From Amphiscolops sp. MND2022 (taxonomy: Eukaryota), in assembly GCA_964187785.1 (NCBI GenBank), contig OZ076409.1, forward strand, positions 31,312,001 to 31,376,000: a stretch of DNA of 64,000 nucleotides, read 5' to 3'. Numbering within the stretch: the first letter of the stretch is position 1; each line of letters begins with the position of its first letter. The translations under genes were made by a program, and so were the position numbers. This document shows, in pieces, positions 47,791-58,600 of this stretch. Below the pieces are notes generated by a model. It was not told the origin of the DNA, did no database searches, and saw nothing but the letters and a program-made list of their open reading frames with translations.

Positions 47791-48700
47791 TTTTTTCTTT
47801 TTCAACAAAATCAATTCAGGCTGATAAAACTTGCCCAAAAGTTTTTCCTTCGCGGAGTCCAGTAAGTTGTAAGTTGGGGGATTGAGAGTTGCGATTTTTT
47901 CAATTTGAAAAATTTCGTCGGTAAAATTCTGTTTGTAACCTTTTTTGAAGGGTAAGTTTTCTTTTGACACTCTCACCAAGTCACCTGCTTTGAATTTCGG
48001 CACTCGTAGCTGTTTAGTAGACTTGTTAGAAACCAGACAAATCAAACGAGGTACATCTTTATCTGAAACCTTCTTTGGAGCTAATCCTGTCACTCGGTTT
48101 ACTCGTGAATTCATGATGTCAACAAAGTCATGGAGCTTTTTGATGTATTGATAAGGCCAGCTCTTTTCCAAATGTTTATATATAATGTTTTTTAGGGAAC
48201 GAATGTTACGTTCTGCAAAAGCAGATTTTGTCTCGCTATGAGTGCTGTAAATGTCAATGTTTTTGGAATCGCAAAACTGCTTGAATTCTCTTTTAAACTC
48301 TGATCCCTTGTCTGAGCAGATTTTTTCGGGAATGGACTTTGTTATCATTCTTTTGAATGCTCTTGTTGAATCTGCTGCACTTTTTGTTTTCATTGGTTCA
48401 ACCCGTAGGAATCTCGATAGTACATCAACTGCAACTAGCAAGTACTTCACACCGTTGTTGTATTTTGCTAATTTGTCCATATAAGCAACATCTATTGACC
48501 AAATCTCATTGATTCTGTAAGCTTGATCTTTTAATCGTGGAAATTTTTTTTCTGGGAGCGCGATATTTTGTATGAGCGTCTGTTTGAGCCAAAAATGTTT
48601 CCACTTTCCGTTTTGGAAGCTTACTAGCTTTTTTCAGGTTTTCAACGCTACCATAAGCAGATGGGCCTTGTGTGTAAAATTTCTCGAGGGTTTTTCTTTC
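47790..48700 (-). pseudogene. Retroviral-like DDE integrase (frameshifted)
   Basis: FYTQGPSAYGSV N-terminus; YLLVAVDVLSRF, SDKGSEF, KSAFAERNIRSLK, FKAGDLVRV, FKKGY..NFTDEIF, GKFYQPEL. Confidence 0.95.
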
Positions 48701-49290
48701 AGATTCCGAGAGTTGTCCATGTTTTCGATCCAGACGCTTTGCTATTAGCAGCTTCTTCAGATTCTTCGTTGCTGGCATCTGATTCGTCTCGAGTGGGTTC
48801 TGCTCTCTTTCTTGTTGTACTAGGGTTCAAAATGTTTTTGGCGTTCCGGTTAGGCACTAAATTAGGATTTACCATCAATTCTTTAAGAATGATAGAGTAT
48901 GAAGGATCAGTCAGGTTTTTGTTGGGTTGCTGCAGGTTATAAAGAAATGTTGAGAGCGAAATTTTTGTGGAAATTTTGTTTACTGTAATATCGCATGTTT
49001 CATCAAAATCAATTGTTTCGGAAGATTCAATTCTGTTCAAAATTTCTCTCGTTCTTTGTTTTTGTGCCGCTGTGAGCATATCCAAAGACTTTAAAATATT
49101 TTCTTTAATGGTTTTTTCTTTCTTATCTACTGTTGAGGGGTCCGGAAATGTTTTGTTTCTTTGCAGTAGAGTGAGAGACTTCGCCTTTTGTTCAACTTCT
49201 GGGTCTCTCAAAACTTGCAGTGTGGAGGTGTGGAGTGTTTCTGTTGAGTATAAAAACTTTTTGGGATAAGTACAAATTCTTGGGTGTTCA
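48699..49290 (-). CDS. Conserved Polinton ORF of unknown function
   Basis: Continuous reading frame between the small ORF and the integrase, ending in WTTL; start uncertain. Confidence 0.55.
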
Positions 49291-49299
49291 TAACGGAAT

Positions 49300-49587
49300 T
49301 CAATCTGTGAGGTAACAAAAACAAGTCCGAATAGTAAAGTTTAACAACTTGAGACCTTTTGGTGACATTAAAATTTTTCTGCGTTCCTTATTGGATGTAG
49401 ACCTTTTACAAAGTAATCTAAGTTGGATTTCGTACTGTTTTAGTTCATCCACGTTGATACCAACAGTTCCATTCACAACATTGATTGCACACTCGCAACA
49501 AAATCTCAAAAATTCCTTGTCACAATGTCGAAGAAGTTTTTGTTGCTGTATTGAAGTGAGTTTTTCCAAGAGACTGACTGTATGCAA
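49300..49587 (-). CDS. Small conserved Polinton protein
   Basis: LLRHCDKEFLRFCCECAINVVNG..LCKR..KERRKIL pattern, as typically found downstream of the packaging ATPase. Confidence 0.65.
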   Translation of the reverse strand: MHTVSLLEKLTSIQQQKLLRHCDKEFLRFCCECAINVVNGTVGINVDELKQYEIQLRLLCKRSTSNKERRKILMSPKGLKLLNFTIRTCFCYLTD

Positions 49588-50251
49588 ATTTTTTCTCGCT
49601 CATTGTTAATTTCTGTAATTTCTGCTTGTGACGAAGGCAAATAAAATATTGTTGGTCCTGGTCCTACAAAGTTGGAACAGAAGCGTAGACATTCACTTGT
49701 CTTTGGATCCAAATCAATGAGTAAATTACCATGTGGTTCTGCAACAGCGTCTGTGTAGCACTCTTTTAGAAATACAGCTTTGTTTAATTGTCTGCCAAGA
49801 TATTCAATTTGGTGTGTGTCACGAGGAGAATTAAAAAGAATAATGTGGGTTGTGTTGAGGTCAATTGTACGTGACCACTTACTTTGATGATACAAATTAT
49901 CTTTGACCAAAATACAGTTAATTCCTTTGTGTCGGCCAGAGACTGCAATTTTTGCAATGTTTTTATCTTGGTAAATTTCTTCGCAAGAGTCGTCAAATAT
50001 CAGCAAACATTCCTGAAGTGAAGTGTCTTTATCAAATCAATATCTAGACAACTGATAAACTCAATGTTCATCCGTTTTTCCACTTCTTTGAAAGTTTGTT
50101 GGAACTCGCGATAAAAGTAGTAAGTTTTTTGAAAGCGTGGATAGAAGGTCTTGGATGTGAGCATAGAAAAAATCAGTCGGGTTTTTCCATATCCAGTTGG
50201 TCCAACAACTGACATGAAAACTCTTTCGGTAGTAAAAATGATTTTGTTCAT
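49560..50251 (-). pseudogene. A32/FtsK-like genome-packaging ATPase (frameshifted)
   Basis: Walker A GPTGYGKT; Walker B LIFDD; GRHKG; RTIDLNTTHIILFNSPRD; LLIDL. Confidence 0.93.
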
Positions 50252-50526
50252 AATTTTGGGCTAGGTAATAGATATCCAACTGATCCAGCCGAAAGTGATG
50301 TCCAAAATGGCATCTCTTCACATGATACTTCAAAAAAGATTAGTTTCACCAGACAAATTGTTATTACAAAGAAAGCTGAGAATACATGAACAAAAAATAT
50401 AACTTGCGATCGTGGTATGTTTGTAGCAAAACAAAATTTCCAGGCTGGTCTTTCGGTATTATCTTTATCGAACACAATTTTTTGACATGATAATACATCT
50501 TGTAAATGAACTGATTCTGAACCCAT
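50248..50526 (-). CDS. Small two-helix membrane protein of the Polinton
   Basis: Hydrophobic segments VIFFVHVFSAFFVITICLVKLIF and WTSLSAGSVGYLLPSP; overlaps the ATPase start. Confidence 0.65.
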   Translation of the reverse strand: MGSESVHLQDVLSCQKIVFDKDNTERPAWKFCFATNIPRSQVIFFVHVFSAFFVITICLVKLIFFEVSCEEMPFWTSLSAGSVGYLLPSPKL

Positions 50527-50869
50527 TTTTCAAAAAGTGTACTACGAAATTATTAAATTCAATTCCAATTAATTGTACATTATTACACACGTTGTATATC
50601 AGAAATGGTTCAAAAGTGTTAAATAAAATGTTAGTACAAACATCGTGCATTTTTTCTTTAGTACGTGCCGGACTTTGTGTGTCGTTTACTTAAGTTTTTT
50701 GTTGGCTCTCAATGTTGAAGTAGGTTAGGTTAAGGTGCAGAGACAAGATTTTTCTTGCTATTGAAGCACCGAAGGACTAAACTACAGAGAGAGTTAGTTT
50801 CAAAACAAAAAAGCATTATATCAAATCACACAAAAAGTCAGTTCAAACTTTTGCTTCTTGGTAAGACGA

Positions 50870-51944
50870 TAGGGGCGGGAATAACGTCTAAGGAATAACG
50901 TCTAAAAGAATAACGTCTAAATTTTACTCATTTTTTGGGAATAACGTCTAAAGATTTAGACGTTATTACCGTTTTTTAGATGTTATTCCCAATTTTGAAA
51001 TATTGTTCCTCGTGCTGAAAAATTCCTTCCCTTGTTTAGTTTTCTAGTTTTCAGGAATGAACTATGAAATAATCGAAGGCCACGGAATACGAGCAGAAGT
51101 CTATGTGTCTGATGGGTATTTGTTCCTGAATCGAAAAAAAACGTCCAAAATATCAAAAAACTATGCAAATACGTCCGAAAAAAGGAATAACGTAAAAATT
51201 CAGAAAAACGCCCAAATTATCCGAAAGTCATCGAAATACGACTGAGAAGCGAGAAAAACAAATTAAATTGGAAAAAAGTAAATCGTTTAAAATCTAAAAT
51301 TAAAAAGTGATATAAAATATAAAACGTGCCTCGGATATGTCCCCATTCCTTCTAGTGCCCCGCGGCCCCTTGGGGCCGCTTATGTTCCCATCTTGCTAAG
51401 CGAGGTCGAACAGGAGCAAAGACCTAGCGGGAACGGAGATCGCGAAGCGATCGTAGTGGGAGCTGGTCTTTGTGACGGTGAGGGCGAGCGTGCATACACC
51501 GCTTATGCCCCACATTTTGATATTTTCGCTTTCAGAAAGCCTTTTTCGAAACAGGAATAACGTCTAAAACTTCAGACGCTAGTCTCAAAAAATGATTTAT
51601 TTTAGACGTTATTCCCGTTTTGTATTTAGATGTTATTCCTCAGACGTTCTTCCCACTGCCACGTATTTTGATAATTTTTTGAGGTTTTCGCCAATTTTAG
51701 ACGTTATTCCCGTTTTTCAGACGTATTTTGATCGTTTTTTGACATTTTAAACGTATGTCAGTTTTAGACGTTATTCCTCTTTTTAGACGTTATTCCGCTT
51801 TTTAGACGTTATTCCACTTTTTAGACGTTATTCCCGTTTCTTTAGACGTTATTCCCGTTCATTTCAGATTTAGATGTTATTCCTTTAGACGTTATTCCCG
51901 GTGGACTTTTAGACGTTATTCCTTAGACGTTATTCCTGTTCCCC
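50870..51944 (+). mobile_element. Nonautonomous foldback/MULE-like DNA transposon nested in the Polinton
   Basis: 9-bp TSD GTAAGACGA (50861-50869 and 51945-51953); arms built of GGAATAACGTCTAA / TTAGACGTTATTCC arrays; carries the ~190-bp GC-rich module at ~51336. Confidence 0.88.
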
Positions 51945-52152
51945 GTAAGACGAATATTCTTTGGGTTTCCAGCATTATAAATGAATTCCATCCTTTATCT
52001 TTTGTTTCCAAATCGATTTTGAATTTTGAGCCAGTTTTCCCAAATCCGTTAAAATAACCAAATTCTGAGGACACTTTTGGATTTGACTACGTCCCTCACT
52101 TCTTGTGGTAGATTCGGGCAATTTTTGTCAATTTCAACAGGAGAAGGTGGCC

Positions 52153-52492
52153 TGGAAATGGGGACATATCCGAGACATGTTTTATACTTTGAATCACTTC
52201 ATAGCATCAGATCTTAATTGACCTGAATTTTTTCAATTTTAGACGTTATTCCCGTTTTTCGGACGTATTTCGACAATTTTTCTGTATTTTAGTCGTTTTT
52301 CTGTAATTAAGACGTTATTCCCGTTTTCAGGTTTAGACGTTATTCCTCTTTTTAGACGTTATTCCTCTGTTTAGACGTCATTCCCGTTTTTTAGACGTTA
52401 TTCCCTAATATTTCAGTTTAGATGTTATTCCCTTAGACGTTATTCCCGGTGGACCTTTAGCCGTTATTCCTTAGACGTTATTCGCTCCTCTA
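52153..52492 (-). mobile_element. Partial second copy of the foldback element in opposite orientation
   Basis: GGAAATGGGGACATATCCGAG is the reverse complement of the module start; the end reads TAGAGGAGCGAATAACGTCTAAGG on the minus strand, like the 50870 terminus. Confidence 0.75.
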
Positions 52493-52550
52493 CGCTTTCA
52501 CATGTACTTTCGCAAAAATCCAAAAACGAATACAAAAAGAATCCGACCAA

Positions 52551-52713
52551 TAATTTACTTTCGTAGTCAAAAGCCGAAGTAATTCCGAACACCAATTTGG
52601 AAGGACCCCTTCCTTTTAGGGATGGGTCCTAAAATTTCAGAGCAAGGACCCACCCCGTGAAAACCGAGGACCCCCCCCCCCCCGTTGAAAGGCCGGCGGA
52701 AATCTTAACTACT
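52551..52713 (-). repeat. Polinton right terminal inverted repeat
   Basis: Ends ...TTAACTACT followed by TSD AACGAT. Confidence 0.95.
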
Positions 52714-52719
52714 AACGAT

Positions 52720-55595
52720 CACTGTTGGGCTGGACATAGGTTTCATCAGAACTAACGTGTAATAAACCTCGAGAGCGGTACTTCCCACGCTATGTTGGTT
52801 TAAATCATGAAAAAGTCAGTCGAGTCCTGAATGATGCAGCTCTTTTGTGACTATTCTGTTAACAAAGCCCTACTCACAGGTTCCGGTCTACCACTGAATC
52901 TGCTGAAATCAATATTTAGTTTCCGTCAAAACATGATGCAGGCTGTATCCGCGGACATTGGAGGCATGCTTCTTTAGATATGGTCGTCTACCAATTCATG
53001 CGCCTTGTTTTTGACCGCAAAGATTCTTCTGTCTTCTCCACACAAAAAATCAATCGAGGTTTCCAATAAAGTCGTGAAACTCCTCCAGAAAAGTGGTTTG
53101 GAGCTCACCAAGTTTGACGGTCCTCGAATCCATAGGCTTTGACTCGAGCTAGATGAAGGTGCTGAAACATGTGCTGACGACTTTCCCACCTTGATTCGCT
53201 TTCTGAATTCGAACCCTCAATCAAGCCGAACTCAACTAGTAGTTCTGAAATGTGTTGCGAGCGACACAGATACTGGGAAGCTTTACAAACCAGTGTATTT
53301 GCTGGTATCAGTCCTTACCCCTCCTTGACAATCTGAAAGTCTCGAGAAGCTTTTTTCTTCCCCTGTCGACACCCTTGAGCTTCATGTTTCCCAAATTTGC
53401 AAAAAGAACAAGCGCTCCGAAGAAAGCGCATCAGAGAAATTATAGAGAGGTCAAAACAAAGCCAGAGTACCTCTATGGACACTAAAATGCCCACAGTAGG
53501 CAATAAAAGTAATCATCATCACCATGTTTCCCGGGGTAGTTCGCCAGATGTATTCGACGCGGTATCATGTCTGCTTGGAAAAGCCCGGACTGCTGATGGG
53601 AGTGCATCATTCAAATTTGCTTTTGACTTCGGTGCAGTCAAAGACGCTGGAATGAAGGCACTATCGCTTGCAGTCAACTAGCAAACAACCAGTCTTTGTT
53701 GCAAACTGCATCGCTGAAATCCCTGACTGGACTGCTATTGATCAATGACGTCATGTTTCCACGAACAACAACCCTGCTGATATTGTAACTAGACGAATAG
53801 GAATTCTTAACCTTCAAGGAAGTTCCTGTCCGGAAGAACCAGCTCTTTTCCTCGTCAACGGGCTTCCTTTTGTTCGACCTCCGAAGCATAACATTGAAAA
53901 AAAAACTGTTCTCAGCTCTGCAGAAAATGAAGTTATTCTAGTGAAGAGTAATAGCTTCGGAAGTCTCGCGTTCCTGCATTGGAGTGCATTTTTAGTCGGC
54001 GCTTCATGAAGTGAAACGCGACTATTGTAGTGACTTTTTTTTCTATCCACACGAACTGACCCAAATAGTTCTACAAAAGTTCTACAAAATATTATTGCAT
54101 CAAAATGCACTATTTGGTCTAGCGAACTGAACCAAAAAGGTTTTTTCTGTTTTTCCGCGTAACATACCATACCGGGCGAGACCAAAGACTCCCCCCTTTC
54201 ATTTTTTTCGGCACTGCGAGACTTTTTTTTCGAAAAAAATTTTTTCCCCAAAGGGTCCCCTCTGCATTTTTTTTGATGTTTTGCGACAGAATGGATGTTG
54301 AAAAAGCCCAAAGGGTCCCCCCTTTCTGTTTTTTTTCGGCATTGTGAGATTTTTTCCCGAAAATGACAATTTTTGTTTTCTTCAATTTTTTTATGTTTTG
54401 CGACAGAATGGATGTTGAAAAACCTCAAAGGGTCCCCCCTTTCAGTTTTTCGGCATTGTGAGACTTTAGCGCGCCAGGGGCTCGCGCTAGCGAGCCCCGG
54501 CGCGCCACTCGGTCCATTTTTTTGAGTATGTAATTTTTTCGAAAATTTTTTTTTCAAAAAATTTCGATTTTCGAGTACTGTAAAAAAGTACTTGACACTT
54601 GGAAGTCTTTTTGCTATTTTTGAGCCTTGGATATGGCGCCGACTTGGGCCGGTCCCGGCTTGTTTTCACTAAATACGCGCGGGTTGTAACATAAATGCTC
54701 GTTTCTACAAACCAGTGCCATACTACAAAGAGCATACCTTGATTTTGACTGCTCTTGAGCGCGACCAAGTTATGAAAGTTCGGTTTCATCAAGTGAGAGC
54801 GTCGGTGAAAACAAATCAGTGTTAAAGTAACATCGCTAACCACTGACTCTCCTGGGACCTCGTGGTCTTGTACGCTCTACTGGACGAATGGATCAACTTA
54901 CTGTTATAAGATTTTGACTTCAAAATACCCAAGCTATTAAATTCCATTCATTCATCTGTCCTGAAGTTCCTGATTGAAGTATATTAAAACAATAATTTTC
55001 GAGCTTTCGGATACATTCGGGGAATTTGTGCTGCAAAATCACGGAGTTTCACTCCACAATCAAGTCCTTGTATAAACTTATGCTGTAAAGTCAGAGCAAA
55101 GGCTCCGACTCCCATCATATCCAACCTCGAAGACAGATTTAAAACACATTTACCAGAAGTGACTTCCTCTTAACATGCTTCACAACATGTGCGACTCGTA
55201 TAGAGATAGCAAAACCATGGATCTTCATTCTTGCATCATGGGTGTCGAACACTTCTTAGCGCGCAGAAGCAAACCGGAGGTGATTTGGCCCGATAGTGGT
55301 ACCAATTTTGTCTGTGCCGAAAAGGAACTCTTTGGATGTCCGAAGGCTGTAGATGAACTCGGAATCAAGTCCAACATGGGTCAAAATGACCTACATTGGA
55401 AGTTCAAATAGCAAAAAACGATTCCAACCTCCGACGAATCCGAGAAGCGAGAAAAATTGGTCCTATGCAGTGAACGCTTTCTCTATAAAATCTTGGGCAC
55501 TCGTAGAGTGAGATGTCCCATCAACTGAATTTTGTCTGGTCGAACATTTCAACTTCTAGTTCCCGCCAGTAGCGCTGTCGGGGAGAGCAGGAGGA
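52720..55595 (+). pseudogene. Highly decayed BEL/Pao LTR-retrotransposon pol remnant
   Basis: LLQKSGLELTKF (RT end); CIMGVEHFLARRSKPEVIWPDSGTNFVCAEKEL...HWKF (BEL-type integrase core); purine-rich tract GGGAGAGCAGGAGGA followed by TGT at ~55596 (possible LTR start). Confidence 0.7.
53993..54664 (+). mobile_element. Nonautonomous HINE/DINE-1-like (Helentron-associated) element
   Basis: 5' AGTCGGCGC after a T-run; inverted copy GCGCCGACT near the 3' end followed by stem-loop GCCGG-TC-CCGGC and TTGTT; central ~120-bp tandem repeats; no TSD. Confidence 0.7.
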
Positions 55596-55669
55596 TGTGT
55601 AGGTTTGAATCCCTCCTTGAGCTAAAGGTCTTTCTCTAGAAAATTTAGGTTAAGCAATGACCGTCAATA

Positions 55670-58600
55670 ACCTTTCGCAACTACGACTTTTGATCCGTTT
55701 GTTATTTTCATCTAAATATTTTCATTATTTGGAAACAACCTTAATCATGTAACTTTTGTAAACGATACTTGCCGCTGTGCTTGTTTCGTATATAGTCTTG
55801 TCCTCGTTGAATTGCATATTGTTTACATTGAACATTTACTTTTCGATTATTCAGTCTACATCAATAGTTCTACCTTACCTTCTACCTAACGAGTCAAATG
55901 AAGTCTTCTTTTTAACATCGCTGTTTCCGATGGGAACAAGCTTCTGGACCGCACATAGAGCTCACTAGTGATGTAATTTCAGCACACTGTTTACGTTGAA
56001 CATTTACATTCCGAACAGACGACTCTTTTTTAGTCGGCGCCTTTTCCCTAATGAAAAAAGCCGGACTATTACAGTGGGTAGTTTTTTTCAGCTGATAATC
56101 TCACTCTGAATGGTCCACTTTTCTTACAATTTCTCAATTTCTTACAATTCTTAGCTTACGAAGTAGTATTTTTATATCATTTAAGAAACTCAACGGGGCC
56201 AAAGAGTATTTTCGGCTCTGTGAGACTTTTTATTCGGAATTTTTTTTTCACCGAGTGGTCCCACCTTCAATTTTTTGATATTTTTGGACAGAATTGATTT
56301 TGAAAAATCCCAAATGGTCCCCCCTTTCAGTTTTTTTCGGCATTGTGAGACTTTTTTGGAAAACAATTTCCATAAAAGGGTCCCCAAATCACTAATACTT
56401 CGACATTTTGAAGTCCTTTTGGTACTTTTGAGCCTTAGATATGGCGCCGACTCGGGCCTATCCCGGCTTGTTTGGTCTATTCATTTGATGTGAAAATGCT
56501 TGATTTAGAGTAAAACTGGCGTATTTCCTCTTCGTTCACTGTGAATTCTGTTCCACATTGTTGATATAACAAAAACAGACGCAGTCATTTCAAATGTTGA
56601 AAATCTTACAAACATCTCTGTCGGTTTTATCTTTACAACTGGTTGAAGCTTCAGTCTTTCTATTTTCAAAATTATTCTGCGACTGCTCTTTCTTTGTCCC
56701 CATGTTAAAACGTGGCTTCTGTTCATTTTCCAGTGACGTGTAAAAAATTAGTCCTAAGCAGTGAACGCCTTTTCGATAAGATCTTGAGCGGTCGTAGACC
56801 GACAGATGAAGTCCCATTAACTGAATTTTGTCTGGTCGACGTTTTAACGCACCTCCTTTGGTTCCCGCCAATAGCGATGATGTCACTTTCTTAGAAGCGT
56901 TAACTCCAAACCTTCACTTCGGGTGAATTGGCATTTCCTTCTTTCGAATCTCCTGGAGCTAGAAGGAAACGATCATGGACGTCGATACAAGCGAGCCATC
57001 ACATACGCCATTTCGATATGGCAACGATAGTTGTTCGAATACGTTTCGACCCTGAATACGCGTCGAAGGTAGAATTCGCCCTGTGGTGAGCTGAAGACTA
57101 GAGATTTAGTCAGGATTTCAGATACACCCAGCCCGGGTAACTACTTTTTAGTTCGAAGCCAGGTCCTTCTCTTCGATAAAGACTTTCGCCCGCTCAGTGA
57201 CTCTGAAAACGAAATCAGGAGCATTTACCAGACCAATTATTAGTCAAGTATCGTGTTCGACGCCACGCCTTGTATCGAAAGTTGATTCTGGCCACTAGTG
57301 AAATGTTTGTTTTCCGTGGTCTACCGGTACCAGACCGGCCGGGGAGAGCAGGGTGTGTTGGTTTGAATCCCTTCTGGAGCCAAAACGCTTTCAATAACCT
57401 TTCGCAACCCCGACTTTTGATCCGTTTGTTAATTTCATTTAAATATTTTTATTGTTTGCAATAAACCTTAATCATGTAATCTAAACGATACTTGCCGCCG
57501 TGCTTGTTTTGTATGTAGTCTTGTCTTCGTTGTATTGCATACTGTTTACATTGAACATTTACTTTTTGAATATTCAGTCTACATCAATAGTCTTATACGT
57601 TACCTTCTACCTAACGAGTCAAATGAAGTCTTCTTTTTAACATCGCTGTTTCCGATGGGAACAAGCTTCTGGACCGCACATAGAGCTCACTAGTGATGTA
57701 ATTTCAGCACACTGTTTACGTTGAACATTTACATTCCGAACAGACGACTCTTTTTTAGTCGGCGCCTTTTCCCTAATGAAAAAAGCCGGACTATTACAGT
57801 GGGTAGTTTTTTTCAGCTGATAATCTCACTCTGAATGGTCCACTTTTCTTACAATTTCTTACAATTCTTAGCTTACGAAGTAGTATTTTTATATCATTTA
57901 AGAAACTCAACGGGGCCAAAGAGTACTTTCGGCTCTGTGAGACTTTTTATTCGAAATTTTTTTTCACCGAGTGGTCCCACCTTCAAGTTTTTGATATTTT
58001 TGGACAGAATTGATTTTGAAAAATCCCAAATGGTCCCCCCTTTCAGTTTTTTTCGGCATTGTGAGACTTTTTTGGAAAAAAATTCCATAAAAGGGTCCCC
58101 AATTCACTAATACTTTGACATTTTGAAGTCCTTTTGGTATTTTTGAGCCTTAGATATTGCGCCGACTCGGGCCTATCCCGGCTTGTTTGGTCTATTCATT
58201 TGATGTGAAAATGCTTGATTTAGAGTAAAACTGGCGTATTTCCTCTTCGTTCACTATGAATTCTGTTCCACATTGTTGATATAACAAAAACAGACGCAGT
58301 CATTTCAAATGTTGAAAATCTTACAAACATCTCTGTCGGTTTTATCTTTACAACTGGTTGAAGCTTCAGTCTTTCTATTTTCAAAATTATTCTGCGACTG
58401 CTCTTTCTTTGTCCCCATGTTAAAACGTGGCTTCTGTTCATTTTCCAGTGACGTGTAAAAAATTAGTCCTAAGCAGTGAACGCCTTTTCGATAAGATCTT
58501 GAGCGGTCGTAGACCGACAGATGAAGTCCCATTAACTGAATTTTGTCTGGTCGACGTTTTAACGCACCTCCTTTGGTTCCCGCCAATAGCGATGATGTCA

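Larger units (their letters stand above)
36976..52713 (-). mobile_element. Full-length Polinton/Maverick (adintovirus-like endogenous virus), ~15.7 kb, degenerate
   Basis: Termini AGTAGT...ACTACT; ~155-bp TIRs (36976-37130 and 52551-52713); 6-bp TSD AACGAT (36970-36975 and 52714-52719); encodes pPolB, protease, major and minor capsid, integrase and ATPase. Confidence 0.97.

Noticed and set aside
55596..55920. Precise LTR and primer-binding site call for the BEL/Pao remnant
   Set aside because: A TG start after a purine tract is plausible, but no clear CA end plus PBS or paired 5' LTR could be established.
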